Shown: positions 1 to 9,140, counted from the stretch's first letter. The stretch: 64,000 nt of DNA from Opitutales bacterium (GCA_049598495.1 JBMYNR010000002.1:19105-83104); one strand, 5' to 3'. The notes: generated by a model from the sequence alone, not told the origin. Numbers and translations: made by a program.

Positions 1-124
1 CGTTTGGCTCATCTTTTTTATAAATGACAGAATCTGGCCGAGCGTGTTCCTCTTTGCGGTATTTATTGGTCTCGCCATCAAAGGCTCACTTGAGTGGAAA
101 ATGCGCCTCAAAAACGTCGCTTAG
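1..124 (+). CDS. 3' end of a PnuC-like nicotinamide riboside transporter (partial, runs off window start)
   Basis: Frame 2 is open from base 2 to TAG at 122-124. Hydrophobic tail VWLIFFINDRIWPSVFLFAVFIGLAIKGSLEW. Lies directly upstream of a NadR-kinase-like ATPase, the usual PnuC partner. Confidence 0.35.
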   Translation, partial: VWLIFFINDRIWPSVFLFAVFIGLAIKGSLEWKMRLKNVA

Positions 125-198
125 ATGAGAATTTTCTCTTGGACTACCTCCCCATCAAGACCCTGCACATTCGCCCGGCGCTTCGATTTGGTGACTGA

Positions 199-233
199 CT
201 TCTGTCTTCTGTTCTCTGGCTTCTGATTTCTGC
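199..233. repeat. five tandem heptads CTTCTGT CTTCTGT TCTCTGG CTTCTGA TTTCTGC
   Basis: Read directly. 7-nt period; ends 7 nt before the ATG at 241. Confidence 0.8.
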
Positions 234-240
234 ACTCAAA

Positions 241-756
241 ATGAAACGTATTGTGATAACCGGTGCCGAATGCACGGGGAAGAGTACCCTCGCTCAGGCA
301 CTCTCGGGTTACTACGGCGAACCGTGGACCGGGGAGTATGTGCGGCACTACGTCGAAGAGCTAAACCGCCAACTCATCGACGACGACCTCGATTTAATCT
401 TTCGTGGCCAGATGGCGATTGAGGATGCCTCGCTCGAGAAGGCCACGCGCTTCATTCTTCACGACACCAACCTCCTCTCATCGATCATCTACGCCAACCA
501 CTACTTCGGCAAGGTCGTCGACTGGGCCAACGAAGCCTTTCTGCAGCGCAAATACAGCCTCTACCTTCTCTGCTCACCGGAAGGGATTGACTGGATAGCA
601 GATCCCGGCCAACGCGACAGCCCGCAAGCGCGCGCAGAGCTACAGGACAAGTTCAAGCAGAGTCTCGATCGCCTCGGCCTGCCCTACGCCGAGCTAAGCG
701 GCGACGAAACCATCCGCTTCGGCGAAGCGATCCAGGCGATCGACGAGGTATTGTAG
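241..756 (+). CDS. P-loop ATPase, NadR C-terminal (ribosylnicotinamide kinase)-like
   Basis: 171 aa. N-terminal Walker A ITGAECTGKST followed by PWTGEYVRHY, typical of NadR-type RNK domains. Confidence 0.7.
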   Translation: MKRIVITGAECTGKSTLAQALSGYYGEPWTGEYVRHYVEELNRQLIDDDLDLIFRGQMAIEDASLEKATRFILHDTNLLSSIIYANHYFGKVVDWANEAFLQRKYSLYLLCSPEGIDWIADPGQRDSPQARAELQDKFKQSLDRLGLPYAELSGDETIRFGEAIQAIDEVL

Positions 757-831
757 GTAGGGACGCCTGCCCCCAGGCGTCCGAGATACTTTGATAACGC
801 AGCGTACGCCTGAGAGGGCAGGCGTCCCTAC
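757..831. repeat. GTAG-flanked inverted hairpin pair (REP/BIME-like), probable bidirectional terminator
   Basis: GTAGGGACGCCTGCCC (757-772) is the exact reverse complement of GGGCAGGCGTCCCTAC (816-831). Local hairpins are also possible: GGACGCCTG-CCCC-CAGGCGTCC and ACGCCTG-AGAGGG-CAGGCGT. Lies between convergent genes. Confidence 0.7.
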
Positions 832-838
832 CAAAATC

Positions 839-2050
839 TTACTCAGCCACTTTAACGGCTTTCTTTTTCGCCGCCTTTTTCGCGGCTTTCTTTTTCGCGG
901 CTTTTTTCGCGGGCGCCTGCTTCTTAGCAGCTTTCTTTGCAGGGGCCTTCTTCGCAGCTTTCTTCACCGCTTTCCTGGGCTTCTCTTCAACCGGCACCTC
1001 CGGCGCCGGCTTGGCCACTCCCTTCTTTTCAGGCTTCGAATTGTCCTTCTTCGCGTCGGGCTTCGGCACCTCCGCATCCTCTGCTTTTTGCTCGCGACTC
1101 TTGCCACGACCTCCGCGGCGGCGACCGCGGCGGCGCTTGCTCTTACCCAAAGACTCCGAGTCCTGCTGCTGGCGGGGCTCCGGCCTGGATTCAAAATCCT
1201 CAATTGCGGCTGCAATGCGTGCCTCCATCTCTTCATCAGAATAAGGGATGGTTCGCTCGACCTCGATTTTCTCCTGAGTCGGTATCTTCGGTTGTTCCGG
1301 AGGACAATAGGCCTGCGGCGGGAGGATCACTTCACCGTAAGGATCCAGTGGGAGAGCCACCTCAGGAAGCGCTTGCACCGAAGCCGCGCTGCAGCGGGGG
1401 AAGAGTAACAGTTCCGCAGGCACATTGACGAAATTAGGATCGATCAGATGCTCCAAGGCACGCGCCACATCCTCGAGATCGATGCGGGTCTGCTCCCCGC
1501 TTTGCACACCTAGCCCATCAGGCTCCGGGTTCTGACGAAGGATGAGATTCGTTACCCGCAACCCGGCGTCACGAGCCTGATCGAAGATCGCACGGTTCAT
1601 CTCGCGCAGGCCACCCTCTAGCAGAGCATTGACGGCACTTGCCGGATGCCCCGCTTTGTTCCCCGGAATCACATTGATTAATTGGCCACGAAAACGGAGA
1701 AGATTCGGTAGTGCCAAGCGCGTCATCATGACCGGACCGAGCAAGCCGACCTTGAGAATCGCCTCCAGGTTGCCGACCGGCAAATTCTCAAATGCCGCAC
1801 CGGGCGTCACATCAATTGCGTGGATCAATAGGTCGAGTGATCTCTCCGCTTCGAGAATATCGCTCAAAGTCGCCGCAACAGCACTCAAGTCACTCAGGTC
1901 GACTGCGTGCGCCCTCAATTGCTCGTCCGCGAGCGTAACCTTGGAGAAATTATTCCCGATGCCGTGCACCCGAAACCCTTGGCGTAAGAGGCGCTCAATT
2001 AGATGAAGCCCGAGCGGGGTCTCCGCTCCGGTGACAATTGCAATGTCCAT
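839..2050 (-). CDS. SDR-family oxidoreductase fused to a long Lys/Ala/Pro-rich histone-H1-like C-terminal tail
   Basis: 403 aa. N-terminal Rossmann IAIVTGAETPLGLHLIERLLRQG. The last ~110 aa are RRRGRRRGGRGKS...KKAAKKAPAKKAAKKQAPAKKAAKKKAAKKAAKKKAVK. Confidence 0.75.
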   Translation of the reverse strand: MDIAIVTGAETPLGLHLIERLLRQGFRVHGIGNNFSKVTLADEQLRAHAVDLSDLSAVAATLSDILEAERSLDLLIHAIDVTPGAAFENLPVGNLEAILKVGLLGPVMMTRLALPNLLRFRGQLINVIPGNKAGHPASAVNALLEGGLREMNRAIFDQARDAGLRVTNLILRQNPEPDGLGVQSGEQTRIDLEDVARALEHLIDPNFVNVPAELLLFPRCSAASVQALPEVALPLDPYGEVILPPQAYCPPEQPKIPTQEKIEVERTIPYSDEEMEARIAAAIEDFESRPEPRQQQDSESLGKSKRRRGRRRGGRGKSREQKAEDAEVPKPDAKKDNSKPEKKGVAKPAPEVPVEEKPRKAVKKAAKKAPAKKAAKKQAPAKKAAKKKAAKKAAKKKAVKVAE

Positions 2051-2179
2051 AAACTGTGAAAATGTTCTTTCGCCGACGGAGAACTCTCCGGTCGAGGTTC
2101 GTCAAAAACGCCAGCTAAGTGAGCCCACAGGCAACTGCCTGAACATCACCTTGCAATGAAAAACTTGCCGAGGTTAAGG

Positions 2180-3205
2180 CTAGCCGATGCGCCCGAGTTG
2201 AGCGCGAACCAGTGCCGCAATTTTCTGCATCGACTCAACCGGGGGCAGGTCGACGAAGGGCGCAACCACTTCCGTGGCTTTAGCCAATTCGCCCTCAAAA
2301 CTCGCGACCACCTCCTCGAAGATCGGGAAGTCTTGCAGGCGCTTGATAAAATCATCTCCCACAGTCGCATCGCCTGCCCGAAAACGCTTCAACAAATCAT
2401 CGCGTTCCTCCTCGGGGAGCCTCTCTAACAAGAGCAGGAGCGGCAATGTGAATTTCCCCTTATCGAGATCCGTGCCGAGCGTCTTACCAATCATCGATTC
2501 ATCCGCATAGAGGTCAACGAGATCGTCAAATATCTGGTAGGCGATACCAAGATGGCAACCAAAGCGTCCCGCCGCCTCGCTAAATTCCACGGGATAGCCC
2601 GCCACCTTTGCCCCGAGACGACAGGCAACCTCAAAGAGCTCGGCTGTCTTCAGTTGAATCACCCGAAAGTAAAACTCACGGCTGTAGTTCACTTCGCCGC
2701 GCTGGTAGGTCTGGGCGATCTCCCCCGCACAAACACGCGCAGTCGCTTGGGCAACAAGACGGCAGACTTCCGTCGTCTCAAACTCGGCTGCCAACTTGAG
2801 CGCGTGAGAGAAGAGGACATCACCGATGAGAACCGCCGCAGCCGGTCCGAATTTCTTCGCTGCAGTCTCCTGTCGGTGCCGGGTATCGGCCTCATCGAGA
2901 ATATCGTCATGGACGAGTGTCGCGAGGTGCACAAGCTCGATCACCGAGCCGAGTTTGACAAGCGCCTCTTTGCGATCCGCACCAAGGCCTGCCCAGCCGC
3001 TATAGGCGACCAACATCGGCCGCAACCGCTTACCGCTATGCCCGAATACGTAGCGAACATGCTCCTGTATCTCGGGCTCCAGTTCCATGACTTGCGACTG
3101 AAGGAACCGGTCCAGATCATCCAGGTATGGCTTCACCGGTTCATAAACCTCGGCGAAGCCGGCAGCGGCTACTTTGTCGGCCTCAGATTTGGAACGTGTT
3201 GTCAT
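2180..3205 (-). CDS. trans-polyprenyl diphosphate synthase (IspB-like, chain length not determinable)
   Basis: 341 aa. Two Asp-rich motifs: LVHDDILDEAD and FDDLVDLYAD. Confidence 0.85.
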   Translation of the reverse strand: MTTRSKSEADKVAAAGFAEVYEPVKPYLDDLDRFLQSQVMELEPEIQEHVRYVFGHSGKRLRPMLVAYSGWAGLGADRKEALVKLGSVIELVHLATLVHDDILDEADTRHRQETAAKKFGPAAAVLIGDVLFSHALKLAAEFETTEVCRLVAQATARVCAGEIAQTYQRGEVNYSREFYFRVIQLKTAELFEVACRLGAKVAGYPVEFSEAAGRFGCHLGIAYQIFDDLVDLYADESMIGKTLGTDLDKGKFTLPLLLLLERLPEEERDDLLKRFRAGDATVGDDFIKRLQDFPIFEEVVASFEGELAKATEVVAPFVDLPPVESMQKIAALVRAQLGRIG

Positions 3206-3259
3206 CGCAGGGTTATCAAAGCGGGAAGCCGCCCCGGTGCAAAGGGAAACGCGAGAAAA

Positions 3260-4036
3260 CTAGAGCCACTCGTCCAACACCTCAAGGAAGCCGCGCCGAT
3301 TTTCCACGTGGACGTTGTGCCCCGCGCCGACCACGGTCTCCTGATGAAGCAGAGGGAACCATTGCTGCATCTCTTCGGCATCCCCGTCATCAATAAAATC
3401 CGAGTTGGCTCCTCGCACGAGAAGTGCCGGCTTGTCGAAGCGGTCCGAGTCGAGCAGCGAATTTTGCCGAATATGCGGCAGGCTGGCATGGAGTACCTCC
3501 AAATTGATCTGCCACTTGAAGGCTCCGCTCGCCTCGTCCCGCACCAAGTTAGTCAAGAGAAACTGCCGCATGGCCCACTCCGGAACCATCGACTCCAGCA
3601 ACTCCTCAGCCTCCCTGCGACTCGTCAATTCTCCTGCGGGAATCCGTTTCATCGCACGAAACTCGAGGTCGTGATACGGTGGATAGGCCTTGGCTGCGAT
3701 ATCCACGATCACGAGCTTCTCAACGACCGCCTCGTTCTGGCAGGCGTAGCGCATCGCGATCTTCCCACCGAGACTGTGTCCCATAAGATGGATCGTGCTC
3801 AGCCCCTGCTCATCCAAATAATCCTGCAAATCCGCACAGAGCTCGGCCCAACGCATTGTTTCGGCATGCGGTGAGCTACCATGGTTGCGCAGGTCCACTG
3901 CGTGCACGTCGAAGCGCTCCCGCAAGGCACGCCCAATCGTCATCCAGTTGCGCGACGCACCCAAGAGCCCGTGCAGAATCACCAGCGCAGGTGCGTTGGT
4001 GTTCTCATAACGAAGCGCTTGTAACTTCACGGTCAT
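3260..4036 (-). CDS. alpha/beta-fold hydrolase (esterase-like)
   Basis: 258 aa. HGLLG oxyanion region, nucleophile elbow GHSLGG, C-terminal GAGHNVH. Confidence 0.75.
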   Translation of the reverse strand: MTVKLQALRYENTNAPALVILHGLLGASRNWMTIGRALRERFDVHAVDLRNHGSSPHAETMRWAELCADLQDYLDEQGLSTIHLMGHSLGGKIAMRYACQNEAVVEKLVIVDIAAKAYPPYHDLEFRAMKRIPAGELTSRREAEELLESMVPEWAMRQFLLTNLVRDEASGAFKWQINLEVLHASLPHIRQNSLLDSDRFDKPALLVRGANSDFIDDGDAEEMQQWFPLLHQETVVGAGHNVHVENRRGFLEVLDEWL

Positions 4037-4102
4037 CGCCTCTGTTTCTGATCCAGATAGGCATAATTTGTCACGAACAATGCACTTGATTCTGAAATCC
4101 GT

Positions 4103-4118
4103 ATAAATATATATTTAT
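4103..4118. promoter_or_regulatory. 16-bp perfect palindrome ATAAATATATATTTAT, candidate operator or -10 region of vapBC-1
   Basis: Self-complementary by inspection. Ends 3 nt before the vapB ATG at 4121. Confidence 0.45.
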
Positions 4119-4120
4119 GC

Positions 4121-4363
4121 ATGAGAACCACCATTGATATGCCTGATTCTCTAATGAAGCGGGTCAAATTAGCGGCTGCTCGTCGAAACACGACCTTTCG
4201 TGCCCTTGTCGTTCACGCTCTTGAACGCACTCTAGACGACATGCCGGATAGCTTCGAACTGGAGGATGCGTCCACTGGGCACTCCGACGGGAATGATCCG
4301 GTAAACAGTGAAACGATCAACCAGGCGATCGACCGCCAACGGGAACGCTCTTTCACACAATGA
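4121..4363 (+). CDS. vapB: VapB-type antitoxin
   Basis: 80 aa. MRTTIDMPDSLMKRVKLAAARRNTTFRALV. Overlaps the PIN gene by 4 nt (ATGA). Confidence 0.7.
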   Translation: MRTTIDMPDSLMKRVKLAAARRNTTFRALVVHALERTLDDMPDSFELEDASTGHSDGNDPVNSETINQAIDRQRERSFTQ

Positions 4364-4794
4364 TCGCGCTGGACACAAATATACTGATCCACGCGCACCG
4401 CCGGGATGCAAGTCTACACGCAAGCGCAGCCGAAGCGGTCAAGGAACTCGCCGAATCCATGCGCCCGTGGTCTGTTTGCTATCACAGCCTCATTGAGTTC
4501 TATGGTGTCGCGACACGCTCCCATATCTGGCGCAATGCCTCCACGCCCGAACAAGCCTTTAAACAGATCAAGGCATGGAAAGCCTCGCCAAGCCTTCGAA
4601 TCCTTGGTGATTCCGACGTCAGCCTAGAAACCCTTGAATCACTCGCGCTTCAGGCAAGTGTTCAAGGTCCGCTCATACACGACGCCCGGATCGCAGCCTG
4701 CTGCCTGGCAAATGGCGTCACTGAACTGTGGACGGTGGATCGCGATTTCAGCCGTTTTTCGGCGCTCAAGACAAGAAACCCCTTGAACTCATAG
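4360..4794 (+). CDS. vapC: PIN-domain toxin VapC
   Basis: 144 aa. N-terminal MIALDTNILIHAH, C-terminal LWTVDRDFSRF acidic PIN residues. Confidence 0.8.
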   Translation: MIALDTNILIHAHRRDASLHASAAEAVKELAESMRPWSVCYHSLIEFYGVATRSHIWRNASTPEQAFKQIKAWKASPSLRILGDSDVSLETLESLALQASVQGPLIHDARIAACCLANGVTELWTVDRDFSRFSALKTRNPLNS

Positions 4795-4821
4795 GGAAGG
4801 GCGACAGTCCTAAGGCAGAGT

Positions 4822-7386
4822 ATGGCTCAAAAGAAACTCACCCCAATGATGCAGCAGTGGCACGAAATCCGTGCCAAACTGGGCGACGATACGCTGCTCA
4901 TGTTTCGGCTGGGGGATTTCTACGAGATCTTCCAGCAGGATGCTGAATGGGGAGCCAAACTACTTGGCATTACTCTGACGCACCGCCACGGCATGCCCAT
5001 GGCAGGCATCCCCTTTCACGCAGCCGACGGCTACATTCAGAAACTACTGGACCAAGGAGTGAAAATCGCGATCTGCGACCAGGTCGAGACACCCCAGCCC
5101 GGCAAGCTGGTCAAGCGGCAGCTCACTCGTATCATTACTCCGGGCACCCGGCTCGCCGACACCCAGATTGACGCCCAGCGCAACCACTTCCTCCTCTCGC
5201 TCACACTCGGTAAAAAGGCCCTCAACGCCGCCTGGCTCGACCTGACCACAGGCGAGTTTTTCATCGCATCGGAGCAGCAACCGGAAAATCTCTTCGCCGC
5301 CTTTGAAAGCCTGGACCCGCGCGAGATCCTAGTCCCTGAAAATGCGTCGGAGCAATGGAGCCTCCCGCATAGGGAACAACGCTTCCGCGAACTCTACACC
5401 CACCTTGGCGATGGCCGCGCCATCAGCCCGATTGCCGATTATCATTTCGACGAGGCCGCGGGTGCCCAATCCGTGATGGAAGCTCTCGGCGTAATGAACC
5501 TCGAAGGCTTCGGCATCGACAAAGATCATCCCGCCATGGGGGCCGCAGGTGCCCTCATCCATTACGCCACCGAGACGCTCTGTGCGAAGCCCGAAAACCT
5601 TCGCAAAATCCGCGAATACTCCAGTGAGCGAACGCTCCTTCTCGACCCCGCGACCCTTCGCAATCTGGAGATCTTCAAATCCGCCGCCAACACTCGGCAA
5701 GGTTCACTGCTCGCAGCCATGGATGGCACCGTGACGCCACCCGGCGCTCGTCTACTGGAGCGCTGGCTCTGCGCACCCGAGCTCGATCTCGCTGAAATTC
5801 AACGTCGTCAAAACTGCGTGGGCGAATTCGTCAGCGCACCCGGGCTAGCGACTGAACTACAGATCCTCCTAAAGGGTATTCGCGATATCGAGCGCATCCT
5901 CAGCCGCCTGCAAAACCGCATGCGCAACCCTCGTGAATTGGGCGGTGTGCGCGACACGCTCAACGCGCTGCCCTCCATCGCAAATACTCTCCTGGAATTT
6001 CCCGACACACCGGTCGCAACCATTGCCGAGCGTATCCATAACTTCGACACACTGACCGAGACACTTGCCCGCGCTTTGGCCGACGAACTACCCGGAAATA
6101 TTGCCGATGGCGGCACCATTCGTGACGGCTACGATGAGGCCCTCGACCACACCCGCAGCCTCACCCGCGACAGCCAGAAGTGGCTGACAGAATTTGAGCA
6201 ATCCGAACAGGCGCGCACCGGTATCAAGAACCTGCGCATCCGCTACAACGGTGCCTTTGGCTACTTTATCGAAGTGACCAAAAGCAATATCGCCCTCGTG
6301 CCCGAAGAATATGTGCGCAAGCAGACGATGAAAAATGCCGAGCGCTACACCACGGACGTACTGAAGGAGCGTGAGCGAGAGATTCTGCATGCCGAAGAGA
6401 AAGCCATCTCGCAGGAAGACGCGCTTTTTAACGGTCTGATTGAAGCCATTCTTAAGCATGCCGACGCGCTCAAAGAGACCGCGGCCGCGCTGGCCGAAAT
6501 CGACGTCTTTGTCGGCTGGAGCACACTCGCTCGCGAGTGGGACTACTGCAAACCACAGCTCGACCACTCGGACAAACTACTGATCGACCAGGGGCGACAC
6601 CCCGTCGTCGAGCAGATGATGCGAAATGAGCGCCTCGGCCTTGCCGGCACCCACGCCTTCGTCCCAAACGACTGCCGCCTCTCTAGCTCTGCCAAAACCG
6701 AGGACGCACCACAAATCGCGCTGATCACCGGCCCCAATATGGCCGGTAAATCAACCTACATCCGCCAAGTCGCCCTTATGGTACTGATGGCGCAATCCGG
6801 CGCATGGGTCCCCGCACGAGCCTGCCAACTCGGTGTGGTCGATCGCATTTTCTCCCGTGTCGGCGCCAGCGATGAACTGGCCCGCGGAAACTCCACCTTT
6901 ATGGTCGAGATGAACGAGACGGCCAACATTCTCAACAACGCAACCGAACGCAGTCTCGTCATCCTCGACGAGATTGGGCGGGGCACCTCGACCTACGACG
7001 GTCTCTCCATCGCCTGGGCCGTCATCGAGCACCTCCACCCTTCCGACGAGCCCGGCGCCCGCACCCTTTTTGCGACCCACTATCACGAGCTGACCCAGCT
7101 GGCCAAGACGCTGGACCGACTGGAGAACTATTCCGTCGCGGTCAAGGAGTGGAACGACGATATCGTCTTCGTGCGCCAAGTCATCAAGGGCGCCGCCGAC
7201 CGGTCCTACGGGATTCAAGTCGCCCGCCTCGCCGGGCTGCCGGACACCGTCATCGACCGCGCCAAGACCATCCTCGAACGCCTCGAAGCCGACGATTCCA
7301 GCCACAACCTCCTGCGCAAGCGTATGCAAAAGGAAAAATCGGGTGGCAGTACTCAGGACGAAGACGACCAGCTGGCTCTTTTCTAA
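4822..7386 (+). CDS. mutS: DNA mismatch repair protein MutS
   Basis: 854 aa. TPMMQQWHEIRAK, Walker A GPNMAGKSTYIRQ, STFMVEMNETA, DEIGRGTSTYDG. Confidence 0.97.
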   Translation: MAQKKLTPMMQQWHEIRAKLGDDTLLMFRLGDFYEIFQQDAEWGAKLLGITLTHRHGMPMAGIPFHAADGYIQKLLDQGVKIAICDQVETPQPGKLVKRQLTRIITPGTRLADTQIDAQRNHFLLSLTLGKKALNAAWLDLTTGEFFIASEQQPENLFAAFESLDPREILVPENASEQWSLPHREQRFRELYTHLGDGRAISPIADYHFDEAAGAQSVMEALGVMNLEGFGIDKDHPAMGAAGALIHYATETLCAKPENLRKIREYSSERTLLLDPATLRNLEIFKSAANTRQGSLLAAMDGTVTPPGARLLERWLCAPELDLAEIQRRQNCVGEFVSAPGLATELQILLKGIRDIERILSRLQNRMRNPRELGGVRDTLNALPSIANTLLEFPDTPVATIAERIHNFDTLTETLARALADELPGNIADGGTIRDGYDEALDHTRSLTRDSQKWLTEFEQSEQARTGIKNLRIRYNGAFGYFIEVTKSNIALVPEEYVRKQTMKNAERYTTDVLKEREREILHAEEKAISQEDALFNGLIEAILKHADALKETAAALAEIDVFVGWSTLAREWDYCKPQLDHSDKLLIDQGRHPVVEQMMRNERLGLAGTHAFVPNDCRLSSSAKTEDAPQIALITGPNMAGKSTYIRQVALMVLMAQSGAWVPARACQLGVVDRIFSRVGASDELARGNSTFMVEMNETANILNNATERSLVILDEIGRGTSTYDGLSIAWAVIEHLHPSDEPGARTLFATHYHELTQLAKTLDRLENYSVAVKEWNDDIVFVRQVIKGAADRSYGIQVARLAGLPDTVIDRAKTILERLEADDSSHNLLRKRMQKEKSGGSTQDEDDQLALF

Positions 7387-7747
7387 TTATGGCTCTGCTG
7401 ACTGCAGCAGATCGCGCAGCACTCCTTGAACCAAAGTCCTGAAAAGAAGTGCGCCGGATGCGGAGCCCAAATACGGTCGAGCAAACACCTGAAGGTCGTG
7501 AGCCATACTGCCGTTGGGCCACCCACTGTTTGCAAACTTTTTAAAGACTCGAAGCCCGTCCGTTTTGCGCCACGAATTGGAAGCTATAGGCTCTAAATGA
7601 CACGGGAATAAGCGATACCCCTACGTAAACCACAAAATGCTTCCTTAATTTGTCCATATCCCCGCAGCTAGAACAGACCCTGCCCGCTAAACCCTCTGGG
7701 TTTCCCTGCCCCTTGAACATTGGGATGCGATATCGTTCATACTGCCA

Positions 7748-7761
7748 AAATGTATACATTT
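7748..7761. promoter_or_regulatory. 14-bp perfect palindrome AAATGTATACATTT upstream of the Y-family polymerase
   Basis: Self-complementary. About 50 nt upstream of the ATG at 7812, in an AT-rich patch. Confidence 0.35.
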
Positions 7762-7811
7762 GTTCACTATTTTATTTGCAAGAGACATAATCTAGAGCCC
7801 AAAGTGGAGCC

Positions 7812-9050
7812 ATGGCCCTCCGCTATCTCTTCATCGACTTTGACAGCTTTTTCGCTTCCGTTGAGCAGCAGTTCCACCCAGAGCTGCGGGGTCGTCCCGT
7901 GGGCATTGTCCCTTCCCTGGGAGTCGAAACCACCTGCTGTATTGCAGCGAGTTATGAAGCTAAAGCTTTCGGCGTTAAGACGGGCACCGGCGTGCGCGAG
8001 GCTCGCGGGCTTTGCCCGGGAATCATCTTCGTAGAGGCGAGCCACTCCAAATATGTCCGGATCCACAAGCAGATCAAAGAGCGAATCCACGAGATCATCT
8101 ATATCGACGCCGTTCTCTCAATCGACGAAATGTATAGCCGTTTGCCTCGTCATTGGCAGCTCCCGGAGGTCGCTCGGGCCAAAGCGATGGAGATCAAGCG
8201 TGCTCTGGCCGAGGCCATCGGCCCGCATATCAGCGCCTCAATCGGCCTCGCCCCCAATCGCTTCCTCGCCAAGCTGGCCAGCAAACTGGAGAAACCAAAT
8301 GGCCTGACCCTGATCGACTTTGAGGACCTCCCCGAAAAGCTCTACTCCTTTAAACTGAGCGACATTACCGGGATCGGCCGACGCATTGAGCACCGCCTCC
8401 ATACCGCACGTATCATGGACATGGAAGCACTCTGCGCAGCGAGCCGCCAAAAACTCCACCACATCTGGGGCTCGATCGACGGTGATCGCATGTGGTATGC
8501 CTTACGCGGGATCGAGGTGCCCCCGATCGAAACACATCGCAGCACCATCGGACACTCACATGTGCTGCCACCCCGTCTGCGCAGCTTTCACGGTGCCCAC
8601 GCCACCCTCCACCGCATGCTACAAAAAGCCTGCCGGCGGCTGCGTGCCATGCACTACTTTACCGGGCATCTGGCAATCGGCGTGAAGTTTGGCTTCGAGC
8701 TACGCTGGGGCGCGGAGACTCGCTACTTTCCCACTCAGGACAGTGTGCGGCTCGGACAGTTGCTCAACACACTCTGGGCCCGGCATCCAGCCGATGCCCC
8801 CGAGCCCACCAAGGTCAGTGTGACTCTGTCCCGCCTCCAACACAAAGATTGCCACACACCCTCCCTCTTCGCCGAAGACAACCAACCACGCCGCATGCAA
8901 CTCCAGCATGCGATGGACCGCGTCAACAAACGCTTCGGCGGCCGCACGCTCTACTACGCCGACGCCATGGAGGCCCAGCGCTCGAGCGAAGCCGCGCCCA
9001 TGCGCATCGCTTTTACGCACATTCCAGACCTCGAACTGGAAGGAGAATAA
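7812..9050 (+). CDS. Y-family DNA polymerase (DinB/ImuB-like)
   Basis: 412 aa. YLFIDFDSFFASVEQ and LSIDEMY catalytic acidic motifs; IGLAPNRFLAKLAS; GIGRR helix-hairpin-helix. Confidence 0.85.
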   Translation: MALRYLFIDFDSFFASVEQQFHPELRGRPVGIVPSLGVETTCCIAASYEAKAFGVKTGTGVREARGLCPGIIFVEASHSKYVRIHKQIKERIHEIIYIDAVLSIDEMYSRLPRHWQLPEVARAKAMEIKRALAEAIGPHISASIGLAPNRFLAKLASKLEKPNGLTLIDFEDLPEKLYSFKLSDITGIGRRIEHRLHTARIMDMEALCAASRQKLHHIWGSIDGDRMWYALRGIEVPPIETHRSTIGHSHVLPPRLRSFHGAHATLHRMLQKACRRLRAMHYFTGHLAIGVKFGFELRWGAETRYFPTQDSVRLGQLLNTLWARHPADAPEPTKVSVTLSRLQHKDCHTPSLFAEDNQPRRMQLQHAMDRVNKRFGGRTLYYADAMEAQRSSEAAPMRIAFTHIPDLELEGE

Positions 9051-9140
9051 ACCTCGCTCAGGCAGTGCCTAGGCTGAGGGCAAATCGGGGAGTTCGGCTT
9101 CGACCTCTTCCACAACCGCTTCAACCTGAGCAGCCTCGTC

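Noticed and set aside
791-1428. 205-aa and 163-aa plus-strand ORFs
   Set aside because: They are reverse or off-frame readings of the Lys/Ala-rich tail of the SDR gene. Their low-complexity F/L/R strings are artefacts.
2552-3874. 440-aa ORF on the plus strand
   Set aside because: It is antisense to the polyprenyl synthase and hydrolase genes, both of which have clear catalytic motifs. Its Arg/Leu/Gly-rich composition is typical of the reverse frame of high-GC coding DNA.
7541-7759. 72-aa minus-strand ORF in the mutS-polymerase spacer
   Set aside because: It has no motif and an odd composition, and it covers the palindrome and the likely promoter. I kept it only as a possibility and do not call it as a feature.
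7730-7770. LexA box upstream of the Y-family polymerase
   Set aside because: I found no TGTTC-N4-GAACA, CTGT-N8-ACAG or Cheo-box match by eye. Only the unrelated palindrome is reported as a finding.
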